62,047 nucleotides of DNA. Source: Candidatus Limnocylindrales bacterium. GTDB taxonomy: Bacteria > Chloroflexota > Limnocylindria > Limnocylindrales > CSP1-4. The stretch lies in assembly GCA_049520815.1 (NCBI GenBank), contig JBEKPL010000004.1, forward strand, positions 1 through 62,047, given 5' to 3'. The notes under the pieces were generated by a model. The model was not told the DNA's origin and made no database searches. It worked only from the letters and a program-made list of their open reading frames with translations. Position numbers and translations under genes: made by a program. Shown here in pieces: positions 10,151 to 18,373 of the stretch; position 1 is the first letter of the stretch; every line of letters starts with the position of its first letter.

Positions 10151-10615
10151 CTAGCGAATGTCGAGGATCTTGTAGGAGAAGTCCCCGGCCGGGACGTGGA
10201 CCACGACCGAGTCGCCCTTGCGCTTGCCAAGCAGAGCCCGACCGACCGGCGACTCGTTGGAGATCTTGCCGTCGCGCGGGCTGGCCTCGGTCGAACCGAC
10301 GATCGTGAACACCTCTTTGCCGTCGGTCCCATCGACCTTCACGGTCGAGCCGATCTGGACGTGATCGGTGCCATGTTGCTCGTCGATGATGGTGGCGTTC
10401 TTGATCAGCGCCTCGAGTCGCTGGATCTGGCCCTCGACGAACGCCTGCTCATTCTTGGCGTCTTCGTACTCGGCGTTTTCCGCAAGATCGCCGTGCTCTT
10501 TGGCATCGTGGATGCGCTGAGCGATCTCCTGGCGACGGACGTTCACCAATTCCTCGAGCTCCGCTCGGAGCTTGGCAAGACCGTCTTCGGAGATGTATTG
10601 AGTCCTGTTGTTCAC
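10151..10615 (-). CDS. greA: Transcription elongation factor GreA
   Basis: HGDLAENAEYEDAK and ISNESPVGRALLG. Start moved to GTG 10615. Confidence 0.96.
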   Translation of the reverse strand: MNNRTQYISEDGLAKLRAELEELVNVRRQEIAQRIHDAKEHGDLAENAEYEDAKNEQAFVEGQIQRLEALIKNATIIDEQHGTDHVQIGSTVKVDGTDGKEVFTIVGSTEASPRDGKISNESPVGRALLGKRKGDSVVVHVPAGDFSYKILDIR

Positions 10616-10686
10616 CGCGGAGCGGCTCCCGTCCTGGTCCGACCGGCCGCGACCGGTCGAATCTCCGGCACCTGATGGTCCGGCAT

Positions 10687-10731
10687 AAGGAAACGAACTC
10701 CAGGCGCACAAGGCTTGTGTCCTGAAGTTCG
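10687..10731 (-). terminator. Terminator-like hairpin in the greA leader (candidate attenuator)
   Basis: CGAACTTCAGG...CCTGGAGTTCG stem followed by TTTCCTT, right after the promoter. Confidence 0.5.
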
Positions 10732-10741
10732 GCCGGCGCGT

Positions 10742-10770
10742 ATCCTAGCCGCCGCCCAAGCCCGTGTCAA
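10742..10770 (-). promoter_or_regulatory. Sigma70 promoter of greA-lysS
   Basis: TTGACA-N17-TAGGAT. Confidence 0.8.
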
Positions 10771-10780
10771 AGCATTGATT

Positions 10781-10967
10781 GGGCCGGACCGGTCGGCGTC
10801 CGCATCGCACCAGTGTGCGTTCCTGGCTCCCCCGTGTCTCCGGCGAGCTGCCGACCCACGTATGCATGAGAACGTAGGTCCCCATTCGGGGAGGGACCAA
10901 ATGAGGACTGGTATCCTGAAACCAAGCTGCGATCATTCCACTCAACGAAGCAACATCCACCGGCCCC
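10781..10967 (-). ncRNA. Candidate structured ncRNA, 6S/SsrS-like
   Basis: The ends pair (CCGGTGGATGTTGCTTCG / CGATGCGGACGCCGACCGG). A central bubble follows, then CTTGGTTTC/GGAGCCAGG and apical hairpins. G-U pairs favour the minus strand. No credible ORF. Confidence 0.5.
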
Positions 10968-11027
10968 GTCTTCCGGATACTCCTCCCCTCCTCCTCCCCG
11001 GAAGCCGGGGCCGGTCCGCGTCCGGGG

Positions 11028-11492
11028 TTAACGGCCCAGCGAGGCGAGCCTGACTCTGATCCGCTGCAGGGACGCGCGATCCCCAAAGGCTACGAAGACC
11101 GTGTCGTCACCGGCGACGCTGCCCACGACTTCCGACCAGCGAGTCCTGTCCAGCGCCGCCGCGATGGCGTGCGCGGAGCCGGGCAGCGTCTTGATCACCA
11201 ACATCAGTCCGGCCTCGCGGACATCGACCGGAAGGTCGTGGAGGAGGGCCCGAAGTCGCTCCTCACCGGTGCTCTCCGCCTCGGTGACACGCGCAGGCAC
11301 CGTGTAGGTCTGGACTCCGTCCCGGCTCGACTTGATCAGCCCGAGCTCGGCGACGTCGCGGCTGATCGTGGCCTGCGTAGCCCGGAAGCCACGGTCCCGC
11401 AAGGCGGCCGCGAGCTCCTGCTGGGTCCGGATCGGTCGCTGCGCCAGCAGGTCGCGGATCTCGCGCTGCCGAAGCTGCTTGATGACCTCCAT
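11028..11492 (-). CDS. argR: Arginine repressor
   Basis: TQQEL, ATQATISRD, KTLPGSA and GSVAGDDTVFV. Confidence 0.96.
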   Translation of the reverse strand: MEVIKQLRQREIRDLLAQRPIRTQQELAAALRDRGFRATQATISRDVAELGLIKSSRDGVQTYTVPARVTEAESTGEERLRALLHDLPVDVREAGLMLVIKTLPGSAHAIAAALDRTRWSEVVGSVAGDDTVFVAFGDRASLQRIRVRLASLGR

Positions 11493-11508
11493 CGGCAGAT
11501 CAGCCTCC

Positions 11509-12345
11509 TCAGGCGCCGTGCGGCGACAGCAGGACGACGAACACGAGGGCCGCGGCGGCCACCCGGTAGACGACGAACACCGTCACCGGCCGGCGCTTGA
11601 GGAACTCGAGCATGAAGTGGACGGCCAGGAAGCCCGATACCGCCGCGGCCACGAAGCCGATGACGATCAGGTGCGTGTCCGGGTTGACGCCGGCCTCGTG
11701 AGTCAGGAGCTTGCGCGCCTCCCAGATCCCCGCCCCGGCCACGGCCGGTGTGGCCAGCAGGAAGCTGAAGCGGGCCGCAGCCTCGCGCTTGAGCCCGAGG
11801 AAGAGTCCGGCGGAGATGCTGATGCCGGACCGGCTGATGCCCGGGACCAGGGCGATCGCCTGCGCCACGCCGATGCCGAACGCATTCATGAAGGTAAGCG
11901 AGCCCATCTCTCGCAGCTTGGAGCCCCAGCGGTCGGCCAGCCAGAGGATCGCGGCCCCGATGCACAGCATCAGAGCAACCCGCGCCGGCTCGCGCACCAG
12001 CGACTCGACGGTGCTGTCGAAGAGCGGCCCCACCAGAATCGCTGGGATGGTCGCCACGGCGAGGAGCCAGGCCATCCTGCGGTTGTCGTCGCCACGGAAG
12101 GAGCGGTCGCGAATGGCAGCCAGGCCGGCCGGTACGAGCGCAACCCAGTCGCGCCAGAAGTAGGCCAGCAGCGCCAGCAACGTGCCCATATGGAGGACGA
12201 CGGTGAACGCCACCGAATCGATGAACTGATCCTTCCACCCGAACAGCCACGGAACCAGGATCAGATGCCCGGAGCTCGAGATGGGCAGGAACTCCGTGAG
12301 GCCCTGGACCAGGCCCATGACGAGTGCCTGGATGGAAAGATCCAT
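11509..12345 (-). CDS. uppP: Undecaprenyl-diphosphate phosphatase
   Basis: QGLTEFLPISSSGH, PGISRSG and AARFSFLL. Confidence 0.96.
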   Translation of the reverse strand: MDLSIQALVMGLVQGLTEFLPISSSGHLILVPWLFGWKDQFIDSVAFTVVLHMGTLLALLAYFWRDWVALVPAGLAAIRDRSFRGDDNRRMAWLLAVATIPAILVGPLFDSTVESLVREPARVALMLCIGAAILWLADRWGSKLREMGSLTFMNAFGIGVAQAIALVPGISRSGISISAGLFLGLKREAAARFSFLLATPAVAGAGIWEARKLLTHEAGVNPDTHLIVIGFVAAAVSGFLAVHFMLEFLKRRPVTVFVVYRVAAAALVFVVLLSPHGA

Positions 12346-12435
12346 GGGACGCTGCCTCCTCGATGCGGACTCACGGAACGCCGAGCCCGAGCCGGCGGCC
12401 TCGCAACCACCGGCTCGGAACTCAGGGCGACTCGG

Positions 12436-14631
12436 TTAGCGAATGAAGAGCGGAGCCATGACCAGGGTGATGGTGGCCAGCAGCTTCACGAGAACGTGGA
12501 GCGACGGGCCGGCGGTGTCCTTGAAGGGATCGCCGACGGTGTCACCCACGACTGCGGCGGCATGGGTCGGCGTCTTCTTGCCGATGACCTTGCCGTCCGC
12601 GTCGAGCAGGTGGCCCGCCTCGATGTACTTCTTGGCGTTGTCCCACGCACCGCCGCCGTTGTTGAGGACGGTGGCGAGCAGGACGCCGGCGATGGTGCCG
12701 ACCATCAGGAGACCGGCCACGGCCTGGTAGCCGAGCAGGAGGCCCACGACGATCGGAGTGGCCACGGCGACGATGCCGGGCAGCATCATCTCGCGAAGGG
12801 CTGCGCGGGTCGTGATGTCGACGACACGGGCGTAGTCGGGCCGAGTCTTGTACTCCATGATCCCGGGCATTTCTCTGAACTGGCGGCGCACCTCGACGAT
12901 GATCGCCTGAGCCGTGGTGCCCACCGCGCGGATGGCCAGTGCGCTGAACAGGTACACGAGCATCGCCGCAATGAGAGCGGCGACGAAGACGTTGACGTCG
13001 GCCAGGTCGACTGCGGCCATCTTCGGCTCGCCGCGGTTGAACAGGATCAGGTTCACCTTGCTGATGTAGGCCGAGAAGAGGAGGAAGGCGGCCAGCGAAG
13101 CAGACGCGATGGCGTAGCCCTTGGTCAGCGCCTTGGTGGTGTTGCCGACCGCGTCGAGGCGGTCGGTGATCTCGCGGGCACCCTTCTCGGCACGGCTGAA
13201 CTCGGCGATGCCGCCGGCGTTGTCGGTGATCGGGCCGAAGGTGTCCATGGCGAGGACATATGCCGTGGTCATCAGCATTCCCATCGTCGCGACGGCGGTG
13301 CCGAAGATGCCACCCGCGGCCCCAAGGCCGGAGTGCGCGCCGAGCCAGTGGCTGGCGAGAAGGGCGAGGCCGATCACGATGGCGGTCACCGCGGTCGTCT
13401 CGAAGCCTACGGAAATGCCGGCGATGATGTTGGTAGCCGGGCCGGTCTTCGAGGCCTCGGCGATCTCCTTTACCGGACGGAAGGTGCCGGCGGTGTAGTA
13501 CTGGGTGATATAGACGAAGGCGATGCTGGTGGCGAGGCCCACGCAGCCTGCGCCGAAGAAGTAGACCCAGGTGGGGATGCCGTTGTCGCCGGTCCCGCCG
13601 TTGGTGTTCATCATCACACTGGTGACGAACGCGAGCGAGGCGGCGCTCAGGAGCGTGGTGACCCAGTAGCCGCGGTTGAGGATGTTCATCGGGTTCTCGG
13701 TCTCCTTGCCGCGGATGAAGAACATCGCGACGATGGTGGAGACGAGACCGAAGGCTCGGACGACGAGCGGGAAGAAGATCCAGGCCGTGGGGTTCGGCCA
13801 GTTGTTGGTAACCGCGAGAGCGTAGACGCCGACCCCGAGGATCATGGCGCCGATGTTCTCGGCGGCAGTGGACTCGAAGAGGTCGGCACCACGGCCGGCA
13901 CAGTCGCCCACGTTGTCGCCAACCAGGTCCGCGATGACAGCCGCGTTGCGCGGGTCGTCTTCCGGAATGCCGGCCTCTACTTTGCCGACAAGGTCGGAGC
14001 CCACGTCCGCGGCCTTGGTGTAGATCCCGCCGCCAAGCTGGGCGAAGAGGGCCACGAAGCTGGCGCCGAAGCCGTAGCCGACGATGAGGAACGGGGCGTC
14101 ATGAGTGCTCTGGCCACCGCCCAGGCCGCCGTAGAGGCTGAAGATGCCCCAGACGCCGAGGAGCGAGAGGGCGACGACGAGGAAGCCCGAGACCGCGCCG
14201 CCCCGCATGGCGACCTGGACCGCCTCGACGAGGCTGCGGCGAGCGGCAGAGGCTACGCGCACGTTCGCCTTGACGCTGACGAGCATGCCGATGATGCCGC
14301 AGGCCATCGAGCAGGCCGCGCCAACGAGGAAGGCGAAGCCGGTGCGCCAGCCGAGGTTGATGCCATAAGTCCCGGTGTCGGCGACCTTCTGAGTCTCGAA
14401 GACCGTGATCACGATTCCGATGACGACGGCCGCGACAAGGGCAAGCCCGCCGATCGTGAGGTACTGGCGCTTGATGAATGCGACCGCGCCCTCGTTGATC
14501 GTCGAGGAGACGTCCATCATCTCCTTGGTCCCGGTGTCGCGGGACAGGACGTCACGGGCGAGGAAGATCGCGAACGCTACCGCGAGCAGTCCCGCGACCG
14601 GGACGAACCACTGGAGCAGGGTTGGATCCAT
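12436..14631 (-). CDS. hppA: Membrane-bound pyrophosphatase, K+-independent H+-PPase type
   Basis: GGIYTKAADVGSDLVGKVE, DNVGDCAG and GDTVGDPFKDTAGP. GNTTK has Lys at the K+-dependence position. Confidence 0.96.
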   Translation of the reverse strand: MDPTLLQWFVPVAGLLAVAFAIFLARDVLSRDTGTKEMMDVSSTINEGAVAFIKRQYLTIGGLALVAAVVIGIVITVFETQKVADTGTYGINLGWRTGFAFLVGAACSMACGIIGMLVSVKANVRVASAARRSLVEAVQVAMRGGAVSGFLVVALSLLGVWGIFSLYGGLGGGQSTHDAPFLIVGYGFGASFVALFAQLGGGIYTKAADVGSDLVGKVEAGIPEDDPRNAAVIADLVGDNVGDCAGRGADLFESTAAENIGAMILGVGVYALAVTNNWPNPTAWIFFPLVVRAFGLVSTIVAMFFIRGKETENPMNILNRGYWVTTLLSAASLAFVTSVMMNTNGGTGDNGIPTWVYFFGAGCVGLATSIAFVYITQYYTAGTFRPVKEIAEASKTGPATNIIAGISVGFETTAVTAIVIGLALLASHWLGAHSGLGAAGGIFGTAVATMGMLMTTAYVLAMDTFGPITDNAGGIAEFSRAEKGAREITDRLDAVGNTTKALTKGYAIASASLAAFLLFSAYISKVNLILFNRGEPKMAAVDLADVNVFVAALIAAMLVYLFSALAIRAVGTTAQAIIVEVRRQFREMPGIMEYKTRPDYARVVDITTRAALREMMLPGIVAVATPIVVGLLLGYQAVAGLLMVGTIAGVLLATVLNNGGGAWDNAKKYIEAGHLLDADGKVIGKKTPTHAAAVVGDTVGDPFKDTAGPSLHVLVKLLATITLVMAPLFIR

Positions 14632-14743
14632 GGGGGGCGAGCGACTCCTTCTCTCTGGACGCGGGACTAGCGCGGTGGGACGGGCGCGCTACCGGGGGGC
14701 ATGGCCCGGATTCGATAACGACATGCATACTCGGGCCGGGCGG

Positions 14744-14773
14744 AGTGTATCAACGGCCCGAAGTGGGGGTCAA
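14744..14773 (-). promoter_or_regulatory. Sigma70 promoter of hppA
   Basis: TTGACC-N18-TACACT with an extended -10 TG. Confidence 0.6.
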
Positions 14774-14868
14774 TCTGCGGAAGGTCCCGCGAGTATGCAC
14801 TCAGGACACCCGAAGCGAGGCGATTGGCACCGGCCGCCTGGGACGTTTGGCACCCGCCCGCGCGCCGT

Positions 14869-16920
14869 CTAGGGCAGCCAGCATGGATAGGTCCCGTCCG
14901 TGGCGAGGTTGGCCAGGCCGGTGCCATCTCGCCTGATGATCCAGATCCCGGCCGAGACCGTAGGACTATGCGAGCTGACCCGGGCGAAGACCACCGTCTT
15001 CCCATCCGGCGAGAACGATGGCGACATCTCACTGAACAACGGATCGTCGGTCAGGAGCGCAGGCGTGGCGCCCGGTAGAACCAGGTAGGCCAAATGGCTG
15101 TAGCCGTCGCTGGCATGAACGACGAGGGCGAGAGCTTGGCCGCTGGTGTCGATATCTGAGACCGCCGGCCCAACGCTGGTCACGGTGCCGCCCGTGGTGA
15201 CCCGCCGGTATGTCCAGCTCGCGCCGTTGTCGGCGGTCGCTGCCATGTAGAACGCGGCGTCGCTCGGGACCCACACCGGCCGCGAGTCGCCCACGATGCT
15301 CAGCTTCTTGGGCGCGGTGGCGCCCGTCATGTCCACCAGCACAGCCGCGCTGTCGGAGCCGCGGACGAGAAGCATCGTCGACCCATCCTGGCTGAAGGCC
15401 GCTCGCGGAGCCCAGGCCGGCTGCCCCGGCTTGCCGGTCAGGCCGTCGCCGGTGACGGTCGTGCTGCCGAGCCCCGGGGCCCCGTCCGTAGCAACCTGCA
15501 TGGGATCCGCGCCGCTGATCAGAGGGATACGCCAGTACCCGAGATCGGCGCCGCTGCCGTCGCGTCGACCCACCACTACGCCCGTTCCGTCCGGGGTGAT
15601 TGTCGGCGCGTAGTCGAAATCGCCACCCGGGGTCAGGGTACTCAGGTTGTCGCCGCTGAGGGACATCACCTTGACGACGCCACCCGCCCCATAGGCGATC
15701 GTCGTGCCGTCGCCGCTGATGTCATAGCCGCTGACCGGTACGAGCTCGGACGTGACTTCCCGCTGGTTCGATCCTTCGGGGTTCATCAGCCAGACGCCGG
15801 CCACGCCGCCCCGGTCGGACAGGAACGCGATCTGGTTGAGAGCATTCACGGGCGGTTCGCCTGTCTCGAAGGTCCAGGTCTGCTGGGGGGCGGCCTGGTC
15901 GTCCGTTCCCCGCACCGTCGAGCTCATCGTGACCGAGTAAGTCGTGTGGGCAGAGAGCGGCTTGTCGGGTGTGAAGACGAGGACGTTGGGGCCCGAACCG
16001 GTCGGCGTCCCGGTCGCCTTGGCAGGCGCGACGCGATCGTCGGGCAAGGCGATGACCTTCGTCGACCCCGAAACGGGCGGTGTGATCTTGATCGCCCCGG
16101 ATACGGATTCGGGATCGAGGGGACCGTCGAAGACGACTGCGATCTGGCGGTGGACGCTGACCCCGGCCGCGTTTCGGGCGGGCATCACGCCCGTGACTCG
16201 CAGGCCGATGCCGACGGTCGTGAAGCTCGTCACATAGTCGGGCAGCCGGGTGCCGTCCGTGTCGACCGCCGGATCGCCGATCGTGAGCTTGTACTCGGTC
16301 CCGAACTGCAGCGGACTCGACGGCGTGAGCATCAGGATCGCGCCGTTCCACGAGACCTTGTAGGCGAAGCTCGGCTCGACCTTCAGTCCCGCTGCGACCT
16401 TCTGTGTGTCCATGAGCCGGTCGAAGGTGATCTGGATGGGCGAGTCTACCGGGACCGACTGGAGTTTGAGGGCTGGCGACACGGCCGTCACCGAGGGTGG
16501 GTCCACAGTCGTGAACGTGAAGTCGCCGGTTCCCCCCTGGGCGTTCCCGGCCAGATCCTCGACGCCCGCGGCCATGTGAACGTGGAACGTCTTAGCCGGC
16601 GGCAGCTTGTCCGACGGCGTGACGATCAGCTTGAGGCCCTGCCAGTGAAACGAGTAAGGAACGTAGGGTGAGATCGAGAACGCCCGCTCGGCCGTGTCGC
16701 GCTTGACGTTCTTGCTGAAGTCGACATCGATCGCCGTCAGCGTCAGGGCCTGGCCTCCGGTCGAGGTGCTGCTGACCCGGATCGAGTAGGTCGGCGGGAT
16801 CCTGTCGACCGCGGCGGCGTTGTAGAGAATCGCCGCCAGCACGGCCAGCCCGGCCAAGACGGACAGGAGTCTCAGGAACCGGCCGCTCTTGAGCCAGCCC
16901 AAACGTCTTCGGAATTCCAC
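14869..16920 (-). CDS. Membrane-anchored protein with three bacterial Ig-like (Big_5/SbsA-like) domains and a TolB/PD40-like beta-propeller
   Basis: N-terminal TM. Repeated I.I.F....D...FTT Ig motifs, IAFLSDR and PSFSPDGKTVVF. Start is approximate; the ORF-track extension overlaps lepB antisense. Confidence 0.75.
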   Translation of the reverse strand: MEFRRRLGWLKSGRFLRLLSVLAGLAVLAAILYNAAAVDRIPPTYSIRVSSTSTGGQALTLTAIDVDFSKNVKRDTAERAFSISPYVPYSFHWQGLKLIVTPSDKLPPAKTFHVHMAAGVEDLAGNAQGGTGDFTFTTVDPPSVTAVSPALKLQSVPVDSPIQITFDRLMDTQKVAAGLKVEPSFAYKVSWNGAILMLTPSSPLQFGTEYKLTIGDPAVDTDGTRLPDYVTSFTTVGIGLRVTGVMPARNAAGVSVHRQIAVVFDGPLDPESVSGAIKITPPVSGSTKVIALPDDRVAPAKATGTPTGSGPNVLVFTPDKPLSAHTTYSVTMSSTVRGTDDQAAPQQTWTFETGEPPVNALNQIAFLSDRGGVAGVWLMNPEGSNQREVTSELVPVSGYDISGDGTTIAYGAGGVVKVMSLSGDNLSTLTPGGDFDYAPTITPDGTGVVVGRRDGSGADLGYWRIPLISGADPMQVATDGAPGLGSTTVTGDGLTGKPGQPAWAPRAAFSQDGSTMLLVRGSDSAAVLVDMTGATAPKKLSIVGDSRPVWVPSDAAFYMAATADNGASWTYRRVTTGGTVTSVGPAVSDIDTSGQALALVVHASDGYSHLAYLVLPGATPALLTDDPLFSEMSPSFSPDGKTVVFARVSSHSPTVSAGIWIIRRDGTGLANLATDGTYPCWLP

Positions 16921-16959
16921 GGGGCACGACGATAGCACAGCCCCTATACTCGCGAGCTT

Positions 16960-17562
16960 GTGAACCGTCGAACGCTCGGCTGCCTCTTCGAGTTGCTGGA
17001 GACGCTGCTTCTCACCCTCGTCATCTTCCTCGTGGTCCAGCTCTTCGCTGCCCAGCCATACCAGGTCCAGCAGCAATCCATGGAGAACACGCTGATGCCG
17101 GACCAGTACGTTCTCGTGGACAAGCTGACTCCGCGTTTCGACGACTACCATCGCGGCGATGTCGTCGTTTTCAACCCGCCGGCCAAGTGGGCCCAGGATC
17201 CGAGCGGCACCGCATACATCAAGCGGATCATCGGCGTGGCGGGCGACGCCATCGATATCCACGGCGGCCACGTCTTCGTCAACGGCGTCCAGATCAGCGA
17301 GCCGTACGTCTTCGAAGGCCAGCCGACGCAGCTGATGGGCGGCGGCAGCAAGACGTGGACGCTTGGCCCGAACCAGCTTTTCGTGATGGGCGACCACAGA
17401 CAAGCCTCGCAGGATTCGCGCGAGTTCGGCCCCATCGACGAGTCGGCGGTCATCGGCCGGGCGTGGATCCGCTACTGGCCGATCAGCCAGTTCGGATTGC
17501 TGCCGCAGGGCAGTCAGACGGCAGCCCCGAGCGGATCACCGGCGTCGACTCCGACCCCATGA
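16960..17562 (+). CDS. lepB: Signal peptidase I
   Basis: SMENTL, YIKRIIG and MGDHRQASQDSREFG. Confidence 0.95.
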   Translation: MNRRTLGCLFELLETLLLTLVIFLVVQLFAAQPYQVQQQSMENTLMPDQYVLVDKLTPRFDDYHRGDVVVFNPPAKWAQDPSGTAYIKRIIGVAGDAIDIHGGHVFVNGVQISEPYVFEGQPTQLMGGGSKTWTLGPNQLFVMGDHRQASQDSREFGPIDESAVIGRAWIRYWPISQFGLLPQGSQTAAPSGSPASTPTP

Positions 17563-17602
17563 CCGGCCAGCGCGGCCCGCGGGTCGCGGCTACCACCGCC
17601 GC

Positions 17603-18373
17603 ATGATCGAACTGGCCGTGGTCGCGGCCCTGGCAGCCGTCGCCGGCGGCGTCGTGGCGGTGACCGCCCGCGACGGGCGCGCCGTGGCTCTCGGTCTGGC
17701 CGTGGCCCTCGCTGCGGCACCGCTCGCCGCCTCACCGTTGCCGGGCACGTTGAGTCTCGTCGCCCGAATCGCCGGAGCGATGCTCGCCGCCGATCTGCTG
17801 TGGGTTGCCACCCGCGTCAAGTCGGTTCGAAGTGACGGCTCGACGATCGGCCTCACCAGCGAGGCCGCCATAGCGGCGGCGGCCTTCCTCGTGGGCCTGT
17901 GGATCGCTCCCGTAAGACCCCTGCCGGGGCCCGTGACCGAGCAGGCGGCCGGCCTGGCGCTCGTAACCCTGGCCGTCATCCCGCTCATGGGAAGGGACGT
18001 GCTGCGAGTGGGCGCCGGCGCAGCCCTGCTAGCAGTGGGCCTCTCGCTGCTGCATGAGGCCTGGCTTGGGCCCGCACAGTCGTTCGAGAACCTCGCCCTG
18101 GCGGCGCTGCTCGTGGCGATCCTTGGCGCCACGGGCCTGCTGATCGCGCCTGCGGCCGAAGGGGGAGGCGATGCGGACACCAGTCGCTCCACCGAAGCAG
18201 GGGCAGCCGCCGAAGCCCTTGCAGTTGGGACGGCCTCCGTGGGGGCTATCGCCGGCGCGGCGGATGCCGCCGGCGTGGCGGCTGCGGCCGAGGCCGAGTC
18301 TCCCCGACCGGCCGGCCGGGCCGGATCGACGGTCAGGCGGATCAGGCATCCTCGCGGCGAGCCACGCCGGTGA
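17603..18373 (+). CDS. Multi-pass membrane protein of unknown function
   Basis: About 6-7 hydrophobic segments. Its stop overlaps the next start (GTGA). Confidence 0.6.
   Translation: MIELAVVAALAAVAGGVVAVTARDGRAVALGLAVALAAAPLAASPLPGTLSLVARIAGAMLAADLLWVATRVKSVRSDGSTIGLTSEAAIAAAAFLVGLWIAPVRPLPGPVTEQAAGLALVTLAVIPLMGRDVLRVGAGAALLAVGLSLLHEAWLGPAQSFENLALAALLVAILGATGLLIAPAAEGGGDADTSRSTEAGAAAEALAVGTASVGAIAGAADAAGVAAAAEAESPRPAGRAGSTVRRIRHPRGEPRR

Noticed and set aside
11332-14670. 1112-aa plus-strand ORF, and similar long ORFs such as 6870-8783, 23681-25639, 39830-42115 and 41062-43428
   Set aside because: Antisense or alternate-frame shadows of clear genes. High GC3 suppresses stop codons, and the translations are low-information with no motifs.
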